Position numbers and translations under genes: made by a program
Shown here: piece after piece, positions 26,207-37,000 of the stretch
How positions within the stretch are numbered: position 1 is the first letter of the stretch
How the letters are laid out: each line of letters opens with the position of its first letter
Notes under the pieces: model-generated
What the model was told of the DNA's origin: nothing
Seen by the model: the letters and a program-made list of their open reading frames with translations, nothing else
Database searches by the model: none
Assembly (NCBI GenBank): GCA_000708835.1
Contig: DF237080.1
Location: forward strand, 116,991 to 180,990
Direction of reading: 5' to 3'
DNA: 64,000 bases
DNA from: Klebsormidium nitens
Lineage: Eukaryota > Plantae > Klebsormidiophyceae

Positions 26207-26331
26207 TTTTGCATTTCTCTTCACAGCTTGTGTCATGATGATGAAGTTTGGGGATCCCTTCAGGTTGGACGGCGTTCAACCTGGTGTGAATAGGCACGCC
26301 AAGTTGGAATCGGAACGTTCGAACCGCATTA

Positions 26332-26679
26332 TCAAACTCGCCCCTTCTTACTGTTACAGAAGCGGCACAACCAAACAAAATTCTGCACATAAGTTCCCGT
26401 ACCGACATCTCGGTCCAACTGAGGACGGTTGAAGATACCGTGACCCAGACCCCACCAAAACATCTCTTCTTTGCACTTGGAGCAGCGTCCTTCTTGATCA
26501 ATCCACTGCTTCGATGCCGTCTCAACATCCAGGAGGGGAGGTTCAAACCCTCTATATCTGCTCCTAATATCGTAGTTTGATAATATTGAGGATATTCGAT
26601 ATTCGTAAGCTGCTACTGTGATTTTAATCCTGATCAACGGTTTGGCGTCGAACTTGCTATTCCGGAGAAGATGTCGCAT
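26332..26679 (-). CDS. Putative HNH/endonuclease VII-like (His-Me finger, Zn-binding) ORF, 115 aa from ATG 26679 (163 aa from ATG 26823)
   Basis: QEGRCSKC...PQLDR...GTYVQNFVWLCRFCNSKK fits the CxxC...DR...N...CxxCNxxK pattern. Intronless. Expression unknown. Confidence 0.5.
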   Translation of the reverse strand: MRHLLRNSKFDAKPLIRIKITVAAYEYRISSILSNYDIRSRYRGFEPPLLDVETASKQWIDQEGRCSKCKEEMFWWGLGHGIFNRPQLDRDVGTGTYVQNFVWLCRFCNSKKGRV

Positions 26680-27319
26680 GCAACTGGAACGATTTTCCCG
26701 CCAGCACTTTCGAAGTTCACTCCCCTCTGCAGCATGATCCGTTTGAAGTGCAGTCTGCAGACTCATCTGCAAATGGAGAGAGAGCCAAATGGAGGCTGGA
26801 GCCTGTGGAGGAGCATGACTCATGAGGTCCCCGCACAGATATTGTTAAAAGAACTTCCCGGGGAAGCTCTTTAGATGAGCAATCTTGCGTTCGGGCCTTG
26901 GCAGCAGCAGTTAAAGCACTGTTCTGATCTTGATTCAGAGATGCTAGTGGTCTTCTGATGTTGATCAGCAGCAGGCAATGGCATACAGTGAATATGGAAG
27001 ATACTGTGCAATATATAAAGTTAAAGCGCATTACTAACCAGCTGCCCAGAGTTTTGCCACCAATGTAGATTTTTGTGGCGTGGAACTCATTGTTGATCTC
27101 TCGGGCATTCTTGCAGTAGCCTGCATCTCAGCCTCTCTCGCTGCATTTGAGTATGTCCAAATAACAAAACCTGTCCTAAATATCAGCTGAGCAAAGACGG
27201 CCCCGAGTACTTGAGCACTCACTCACTGGCAATAACATAAGACTTTGTTTCAAATGATGTTTTTGGCCGCCCGCTGATCAGTACAATGTAATTTAGGACA
27301 GCGCCAAAAGGTGTCGCAG

Positions 27320-30300
27320 ATGGGTTCCCCTGGTCCCCTCCTGTCTCCTCAAAGCTTTACAGCTACCAGCCCCAATAACGATATCTGGCAGTTCCTGGAC
27401 GAAATTGATGCCCCCAAGTGGGTGGACTTGCATGAGGAAGCCGTGTTGGCTGCAGCAGGACTGGAAGGCGACGACCCCTGGTTCCACTCCTCGCATGAGT
27501 GAGTTGCTTTTGACCAAGCCTCCCTCTTGCAATTGACGTGATGTGCAGGAAAGGAGGAGTGGAGCGATCCAGAATGCTGGCACAATTCCCGACATTGTAC
27601 TTGAAGGTGCAGATATTGAGCAACAAATGTGTGTGTAATGGTCTTTAGCCTTTGCGAAGATGCGGTACATGTCAATTTGCTAGGTAATAAGAAGAAGGAA
27701 GGAACACCATCTCGATGTCTGTTGTGACGTTGCTCCTAAATGTTCATTCTTGTGGCAGCCTGCAGCAGTTTCATTGAAATGTGCTGTGAAGTTTTACATA
27801 GCTGTGTCCTGCCAGAGTTTCACCAATGCATTTCTGCTGGTCAATGCTGCTGGTTGACATGTTGCTTTCCCCTCCAGTCCTAGCCTCATTCAGTTTCTCA
27901 ACTTGTTTCTGCATTGCAATCTGCAGCTTTTGAATGATCTGGACATATCTTTCGCCTTCCTCAGGAACCATGAGAAGTCGCTTGACGAGCTGGCAGAGGA
28001 GACCGGGACACTTCCGCTGCCGCTGCTTCATGAAACTGGGCCCTTTTCACACTCCCCGACTGGAAGCCCTGCTGGCGGCCACTCTCAGGAAGCGACAGAG
28101 GCGCCACAAGGCTTCAAGCCATTGTTAGGAGAGAAGGGCTTGAGTGCCGCATTGGTCGACAGCTTGCACCGAGTGGACCTGCGTCGGTTGGGGGGCGGAG
28201 CGCAGCGGCTCACTGCGCGGGCTTTGAGAGTGGCCCCAGGAGAAGCACCGCGCAGCAGGTGAGCGGATACGGGGGGGAGGCAAGCGCAGGAGGCAATCAA
28301 GGGCTTTCCTGGAATGATCTTAAGCAACAGACAAGTGTCAGGACCAAACATAAGCCCACATTATACGGTGCTGAGACCCTCAAGTCCAACTGCTGTCTAC
28401 TGCCTTATCGTCGAACGCCTTTTGTGATTGTGTGTGGGATCCGTCAATAGTGAATGCCCACCCTAAGTCACTTGCTGACACCCTGTTTCCTCGCCGCAGC
28501 GCCTCTCCTGAGGCTGAAATCCCAGTCCAAGAAGCGTCTCGCTCGCTCGCGCACCCGAAAGAGGCACATGCTCCCTCTGTAAGCCCCGCAAGCTCTCCCC
28601 ACAAGCCCTGGCACCATGCAAGACTTGCAACGGGGGCCGTAACACCACACAAGGAAACAACTTCGCAGGCTGCGGCAACCCCTCCCGAGCGCCCATCTAG
28701 CAGCAGGCCCCCTGAGGGGAATCATGAGGAGGCAGGGCCGGCGGAGCTGCCAAGGGAACGGGAGTCTTCATCTGGCGAGGCTGCCGAGTTGGGTGAAAGT
28801 GGGGACCGGCGGAACGGCGGGCGCGGTATGCAGCTTCCGGTTGCGGCTGCTAGCAGACAAGCCGGCGGAGGACGGGAACCGGCGGTGGGGCTGAGTGGCG
28901 GGGTGGGCCGGCATGCCGGCCGGAGGTCTCTTGGTGACGCTCTTCGACGGCCTGCGGAAGGGGAGGGCACTCCCCCCGGGTTGGAGTTGGGTCCCAAGAA
29001 GCGGACGCCGCCACTTGTGGCGCGGCCGCGCAAGTCAGCGGAGAGCGGCGGGGACAACACGGAAGGGGTGAAGCTGGCGTTCGGCAGGCGCATCGAGCAG
29101 CCGGAAGGGGATCCCCGGACCAGGAAAACGATCCCCCAAGGCGAGCACTCGGGAGCGGGGCTGCACAGTCGGCCTATGTTGGAAGGACACGTGTCATGTT
29201 CCTTGCCGGGGGCGCAGAGAGGCCCGCTAGGATCCGGGCGCGCAAATGGCGCCGCAAGCAAAGGGATCGCTAGCAAAGCAATCGTCAAAGCAGGGCGACA
29301 GGTGGCGGCGAGAACGGACAGCGGGAACGGGCGAGCCGGCGGGAGGGCCCCTTTGGTGACGTTAGCCACGGGCAACACGGGCAGCGTTCCTGAGGCGCAA
29401 ACACGGAAAGTGGCGGCAAAGGGAACTGGGGGGCAGCACGCGCAGCGGGTTGCGGGTCCGCGCCTGACGCATGCCGCGGTTGGGTTTACGCCTGCTCCTC
29501 AGGTCGCCGCAGGTGAAACGAGCAAAAGGCGGACTGGGGAGAGACGATCAGCTCAGGTACGGGCCAACGCATGGGGCTCTGGCATGAACTTTTTTTGTGT
29601 TTTGATGTAAATGGGTTTTGGATGGCTTGTTCAATTGAGACGCAGATAAGGAAGCATACGGTACCATAGAATCTTGACGACGAGGATAGAGTGCAGAATG
29701 CCGTGATTCTTGGGCTTCTGCAGCCGTCTGTCAGCATGAGCCGACTCTGCCTGGCGCCCCGAAACGAAGCATAAAGCTGCACAGCAGAGTTAATTCTATT
29801 CTTTCCCGAAGTTTCGAAATTGGTTTACAAAGCACCGTCCGTGTCGGTGGTTAATGCACCCTAAGCCGGATATCACAAAGTAAGATCAACCAATGTTGAT
29901 GGCCCTATGAATCGAGACTGGCTGTCTTAAGGAGTGCCGGATGTCAGTCCCCGGGTTGTTTACAAGACACTGTGGCAGCCTGAAAGGCAAGTTGCCGCTT
30001 GCAAAACTGTCCGCTTTTGTCTGATCATTTTCGGCTGGTTATCGAGTCCTCTGCAGCTTGCTAGATCCTCTCATGTTTCTTTCGCAGGCTCTTGACACCG
30101 CTGACGGCCATATGAGTTCTGCAACAAGGCCCGGCCCGTCCCCTGCTGACGTCACGCGCGCGCAGAGCCGCCCCCCGGGGGAAGATGCTGACTTGGCCGC
30201 CCTACTTGCGCAGGCAAGTGCCAGACCAAAAGTTTGGGCCGGGAACTTGTTCGGTCTTGACTTACGGAACATCAAGGCTTATGGATAACAAGGTCATCAG

Positions 30301-31237
30301 CAATGATTGGCTGTAAGTTGATGGCGTGGGACAGGATGTGGATAACATGTGAGGTTAGGGCTTTTTGACTCTTTCGTATCCCGATAATTGTTACTTTCAA
30401 ACCTGGGAGATGTCAGGAAGGTTGCTTGTGCGAACCTTCAATTTGGAACCGACTGCCTGAGCTATTCCAAGCAGCAGACTGGTCGAGCCGTGTACAGGGG
30501 CTTTGGCCAGCGTTGACGTCTGCAGGAATTTGATCTACTGGATTCTGTGATTTTGCGTCAATCTACGTGAGGGGTGCCTTCTGGCGTCGCATGGGCGCAC
30601 GAAAGGAGCCCCTGTTTCCGGGTCACGACCCGGTATGCATCGTGCTGATTCGGGGCCTCTTGTTACTTTCCATCGGGTGTGTATTATCACAATCGAAGGA
30701 ATCATGTCTCATCTGTTGTACCCTCAGAAATGGATGCAGCAGAACAAATTCTTCTTGTGTGCAGCACAACCGGAGGTTCAAAGCCAAGCCCGCATACGAG
30801 CCTCGGATGCACTCCGTGCGCGACACCAAGCAGGTGAGGTACCCGTTGCTCCAAGGCACGGCCAGAACTAGTGTCTAAGTAGCGGCCGCAAAGTGCCCAC
30901 GTAAAGTTTCCGGTAGCATCAGATGGGATTTTGCGGAAAACCCTTGGCAGCAGAACGTTCACGTCCGCTGGCGACGCCCAGGCGCGGAGCTTCAGCCTGT
31001 TGGTCGCCTTGAATTATGCCAGCTGTTCAGCTGCCCCTTGCCGCTCAGCAGTCGCTCCAAGGCTTGACCGAGCATTTTGAAGGCAGCGCGAAAAATATGA
31101 ACGCGCAGACGCTTCTGCCCTTGCAGTGGGAGGCTGTGAGCGGGAAGACGTACTACCAGCTGGCGCCAGAGGAGCGCGAAGCGGCCAACGAGGAGATAAC
31201 GAGGATGAAGCAGGCGCTAGCCACGGGCGCATTCTAA
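27320..31237 (+). CDS. Uncharacterised ~611-aa largely disordered protein with an N-terminal TPX2/Aurora-binding-like motif and a conserved-looking C-terminal domain
   Basis: Exons 27320-27498, 27965-28258, 28500-29556, 30088-30213 (GC donor gcaagt inferred), 30765-30833, 31127-31237 in frame. N-terminus WQFLDEIDAPKWVDL...GDDPWF; C-terminus HNRRFKAKPAYEPRMHSVRDTKQWEAVSGKTYYQLAPEEREAANEEI. Confidence 0.75.
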
Positions 31238-33111
31238 GAGGAGGCCGACGAGCCGGGTGTCGCAAAGCCCGCATGAACCTTCACAAGTTGTGCAAACGTA
31301 CGATAATTGACATGGTTGATTCGCTCCTCTAAAATTAACAGCGTTGCTACGAAAGAACTGATCGCACTTACTCAATGCGTATATATGCAAACGGCACCTG
31401 CACAAGAAGACGTATGTGTGCGCTCACATTGTCAACATGTCATCACATTGTTTTGACAGGGTCCTCCCCAAGTTCTTCATATGACCATCAAGTCGTCTGG
31501 TGGCAACGTTGAATGGTTTCTCATGTTGGCCTGTCGGGGGCGGCACCGTATGTGGAGACGGGTCTCAGTCGGCCTACTCGTGACTTCAAGTAATGAAGAA
31601 AGCATGACGATACAACTGTTGTGGCTCAGATTTCAAGGGGACAGATGTGAGCAAAGGACTGGCACATGCAAGATATTCAGCTCAGAAGCTCACATGGTCC
31701 AACCATCAAGCTTGGACATCTGTGGATCAAACGACAATCTATGTGGATCTTGCATGCTCTGACGCAATCAACAAATTATTTCCGAAGAGTGAGATCCTGC
31801 TATATCAAATTGATTTGAGTCCTCTCATGCCTCGAAAACAATGCAAGAAGCATATGGATCTGTACATGCAACTGTGTTCGGCGTGCTCGCACCGTGTTTG
31901 GCATTCAGATAGGTCGCCGAAAGTGATCAAGTGACGAAAGTACATTACCCATGATTCTTAAAATGCCTCTGATCGATCGATGTCCCATTTGGCAGGTGGC
32001 ACTTCCCAACTGGCGGGCACTAGGGCCGTCGATCAACACATCTCTTTCTGATTCGAATCATCAATATTGCCTTGGACCCTGGGCCCAAGCGTGGCTCGGC
32101 CGCTCTGCTATGCCTTTGTAACTGCAACGTCTAGCACTGCAATTGATGGCACGCATACCGCGACTGGCCCGCGTATGCGACTGGCTGCACGCATATGAGA
32201 TGGTTGGACCATCTGTACGCAATAACGGCTCAACGGCTGGCGTCGGACACATACTAGACGTTCTCGGCTTCACGGCGACGAGCTGGCTCAGTGCACATGG
32301 ATTGTAGATTCGATATATGATGATTATGAACGGACAAAGCAGCGTCGCAGCGAGAATAACAGATTCAGACCATGGCACTATGGCAGGCGTGGTTACACCG
32401 GCATCAACAGTTATAACTTGTAATTGGTTACTTCATGCATAACTTGCATAGCATCGACGATCAGCCTGGCGCATAAGGTGCCGTAAGTTGAGGGGGGTTA
32501 GGTGCATAAGTTTGCAGAGACATCCCTAATTGTTTGTTCGTTGCAAGACATTCTTAGACAACATGGCTTGTTTGCATCGGCCTCGGCTCAAATAGGACTC
32601 GATCCATACTGGCATGACAGCTAGAAGTTATAACTCGACGACCGCGCGTATATACGTATACGTACGTACGCACGCGTGCGCGCGGTCTAGCTAACGGTCG
32701 CCAGTTGCCGCGCGCGGGAGGTTTCTGGATTCTGAGGTTTAACGACATCGGAGCGGCCGGTACCGTACGTACTGCGGCGCCTCGGACAGTACGGACTCGG
32801 GCGGCAAAGTCAACGATTCTCGATTTCAATCTCTGACATTATGTCATGTTGACGATTCACGAAGGCATGTTCAAGTTATACTATGCTCGGGGGAGAAAAC
32901 AAACCTAAAAACCTAAACCGTAGAAATGACAAGCTCCGTACCCGTACCCACCCTAACTCCCACACCAACCCCACCCGTCCCCCGGGCTCTTTCCTTTGTC
33001 AACATGGCCCTAAAATCGTCGACATAATACAGTAACTGTTGCGAAAATAGGTACTGTAACAATTGCGGATTGGGGGAGTGCTGGGACTGACTTAATTCAC
33101 GTTCTTGAGGT

Positions 33112-33921
33112 TTGAAGTGAACAACGATTTTTTAGCTCGGTTTTTTTGGTTTACAAAAAACCAGCTATCGTTTTCGGTTTTTTGAAAACCCCGAACGTGA
33201 GCACCTTAGACTGGATCACTCAGTTAAGCCAAATTTATGCGTCGAAGGACACTTTCGCCCCATACTATCCCTTTGAATGATCGACCCGAACTTTCGATGG
33301 TTCGATGCAAACTGCTGTTCAAATTTCTTTTTTTCGCACGTGTAAGGCTCTTTTCGAGCGCGTTCATTTGTTCATTCTGCGGACATGCCAGGCTGAGGCT
33401 CGTCTTAGTGCGGACTCGAACCTTGAGACACGGTGAGGCCGTGGCCCGTCCGCCGGTCCAAATGAATTTCATTTTTGCACGCTTGAAGTAACTTTCAACA
33501 CGTGCAGCTGAGGTTATTCCGTACGCAAAGTCGGTAAGCAGGGGCGCTGCGTATCACGAACACCGGGCTCCATGAGCTCAATTTCGCCCGGGGAAAGTGC
33601 CCGGGGTCCCGGATTGCTCTTCTCTTATCTAGCTTTCTAGATCCGAATTTGCATTTTGACTAACATCAGGTTTTTCAGCTGGCGGTTCACAATTACCGAT
33701 CACTTTTTCAAGCACCGAGAGTCTCCGTGACCCTACCGTCAAATTCGCAACGCCTACTTTTCATTCAATATTTTGGACCCCCTTGAAAACCGAGCATACG
33801 TGGCGTTCCGCCACCGGTCACATTTTTTTTTTGTGGAAATTACCGTCTTGCACGTGCGGCTCGTCAGGTGGAGCACGCAGACTAGCATACGCCTCTGGGG
33901 CATATTGAAGTGAACAACGAT
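33112..33921. mobile_element. ~780-bp insertion flanked by a perfect 17-bp direct repeat (candidate TSD)
   Basis: ttgaagtgaacaacgat at 33112-33128 and 33905-33921. The insert begins with a T-rich tract. No ORF with a recognisable product. Confidence 0.5.
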
Positions 33922-34079
33922 GCTGGCTTCAACTTGAGGTCTTATGGCGGCACTGGCACTGAACTGCTACCATATCTGCACCTACTATCTAGCCATCAGG
34001 CAGAGGGTAAGAGCAGCGTAAGGAGGCGCACTTGTTGAAGCATTGCGCAAGCGCCTGAGCTTTGCAGCCCCTCTCAACG

Positions 34080-37000
34080 ATGAAGGCAGCTGCGAAGCAG
34101 ATCGCTCTCGAGGCCGCAAAGAGGGCCGCCAACGAGGGCGGAAAGCTGGCGTTTGAGGCTGCTGTGGAGCAGCCTTTGCGTCTACTGGGCGATGCGGCCG
34201 AGGCTGGCTGCCAGCTCACCCCCCTGGGGCTGTTCAACATGGGCCTGGGGATAGTTAATCTGGCCGTTGGGGCAACCGGCCTTGGAGTGGGCATATTCAA
34301 TGCCTATCAGGTCCTCAAGGTGAAAAAGGACCTGGGGTTGCTGCAGATCCAGACAGCGAGCATTGGGGTCAAGACGCTCGAAGGGCTGGAGAAGAACGCA
34401 GCAGAGGTCCGCAGGGTAGGGGCGGGGCTCTCTGCTGACATCAGCAAACTGTCATCACAGCTGGGGGGCCTTGTGATTGCCGAGGGCAAGCAAACCAGGG
34501 TCGCACTTGAGGAGATGAAGGCGCAACTGGATCTGCGGTTGGATCGGGTGGACCTGGCTATGGGCTGGGTTGGGAAAATGGTGACAAAACTTGCAGAGAA
34601 GCAAGGTGCACTTTCGCAGCAACTAGCGGAGCTGCAAGAGGGAGTCAGGGGCCTCCATGCTTTGCACAAGAGTGCAGAGCACGAAGAGTTCCAAACAAGC
34701 ATCACCCTAGTTGCAGACCTCTATCGGGACGTGCTGTTCCAGCTGCAGTCCGGGGGGTGCGGGTCAGTCGAGTGCCAGGAGCTTCAAAGGGAAGCCAAGA
34801 AATTGGCGGCCTGGACGTTACCTCGTTTGAGGCGGTATGCGCCGGGAGACCTCCGGCGTGCGCCCTTTATGGTGGCCCAAGTGTATGCGCTCGTTGCTGA
34901 GGTAGATGCTCGGGTTCTTGGGGAGATGCTGAAATTGGGTGCCAATGCTCAGGAGGGCCCGGTGACAGTGCAGAGCAGACAGAGGCCGCTCTGTGTGCAG
35001 AAGTTGGCGACTCTCGCGCATGAAGTGGAGATGGAGGCGCGAGCGCTTCTCGACACTCATGCGTCCTCCCCTTACGCCCTCGCCGTGGACGTTGCTCCCA
35101 TTCTGTCGCAGTACGCGCTTCTGCACCGGAGCATTGAGGCCAAGCAGGGGGTGGGGAGGCCCGTCGTTTTTGAGCTCCACGAAGCAAGTCTTGCTGTTGC
35201 AGGGCCGCAAGTTGCGGTTAGCTGGAACGACGGTTTGACCAACATGCGGATCCTCAGTTCGGTTCTGGCTTCAGCCGGGAAAGATGGGGGCGGTTCTGAG
35301 TGGCTTGAGGTCCGAACGGTGGCGGACGTGCTCTGGCTTGCGGAGGTGTTGGAGAAGCCTTTCGAGGAGTGCCAGCTGGCAGACATGCGGGGCGTCAGGA
35401 AGCAGGTCCTGCTGGACGCGCTAGGGGTTCCTCAGGGGCTCGGAGATGGGTGCGCGCTGGAGGGTGATGGCCTGGCTGCGCTGAGAACGCTCGCAATGCC
35501 GCGACTGAGGGAGTCGGTGGAGGGTGCGGTGAATGCGTCGTTCGGCAGCCTGGAGACGCCCCTTGTGATGCCAACATGGCCTGAGGTAAGGCATACCAAA
35601 GCTGTCCTTTTCTGCAACCCTTGACGTCATCAAGGTCAATTAGCCATTGTTGAAGTTTGTCTTGGAGGCAGCAATGCAGGGCATTAACTTGGGATTGAAG
35701 TTGAAGCATTATGCGTCCACCACATACTGGCTGCAGGATAGCTGGAGTCTGACCAGATGAATTGGATCAAGATCGTTGTTGGGGCCATTTGGTCAGCATC
35801 AGAAGAGCGATGTCCAGTGATTTGACTGAAGGACATGCTGCAGATTGGATGCTAAGGTCTCCTGATGAGGGGGGTTTGTTTTGGTACACAAGGAGTCTTT
35901 CCCGAGCTATCCAAATGTTAACCTGGGGCGCTATGCTCAAAGTGTGTCTGACTGGAAACTTGCCAACAAAGGGAACACTGCCGCTTGATGTGGACAAAGG
36001 AGTCCCCTTTTTGCTCGGGTGAACTTGTTGCTCGCTGCAGCTATCAGGGGTTTTGTCGCTCCTTTGGTTGGCATCCTGCATGTCTTATTGACAATTGGCT
36101 GACTTGCTGGCATTTTGATTGCTTTCCTTATCGGCCTATGAACGCGACATCTCCTCAGAACATGAAGGGATGACGTGGGAGACGTTTCTTTCTTGTTTTT
36201 CCTGTGTATCTCACAGTCCTGGCTACGCATCAATCAATCTTTGGGTTACTTTGTTGTGGTTGTTTTTTTACGTCCTCAACTGTGTAATGAACTGGAGCAG
36301 GTAGGATGATCAGCAACTTCCTATCTCGATTATGGTGTGGCCATGGATCCGAATCTGGCCATGTACTTAAATATCGGGCCTTGATTTCAACACACCAGAT
36401 TGCCTGCTCGTCATACGCAAGAGCTTTCTCCTTTTGGCAGGTGGCTGGGATTGTGAAAGAGGCACTTCAGCGGCTGGCAGTCGTCGATGCTGAACGTGCC
36501 GAGGAGGAAGCGCAGGAGCGTGCTGAGATGCNNNNNNNNNNNNNNNNNNNNNNNNNNNNNNNNNNNNNNNNNNNNNNNNNNNNNNNNNNNNNNNNNNNNN
36601 NNNNNNNNNNNNNNNNNNNNNNNNNNNNNNNNNNNNNNNNNNNNNNNNNNNNNNNNNNNNNNNNNNNNNNNNNNNNNNNNNNNNNNNNNNNNNNNNNNNN
36701 NNNNNNNNNNNNNNNNNNNNNNNNNNNNNNNNNNNNNNNNNNNNNNNNNNNNNNNNNNNNNNNNNNNNNNNNNNNNNNNNNNNNNNNNNNNNNNNNNNNN
36801 NNNNNNNNNNNNNNNNNNNNNNNNNNNNNNNNNNNNNNNNNNNNNNNNNNNNNNNNNNNNNNNNNNNNNNNNNNNNNNNNNNNNNNNNNNNNNNNNNNNN
36901 NNNNNNNNNNNNNNNNNNNNNNNNNNNNNNNNNNNNNNNNNNNNNNNNNNNNNNNNNNNNNNNNNNNNNNNNNNNNNNNNNNNNNNNNNNNNNNNNNNNN

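Noticed and set aside
26755-26815. SANGERAKWRLEPVEE (+) resembling QSEGESAKWRLWEES in the CaM-KMT insertion
   Set aside because: Match is too short and the nucleotide similarity unconvincing; treated as coincidence.
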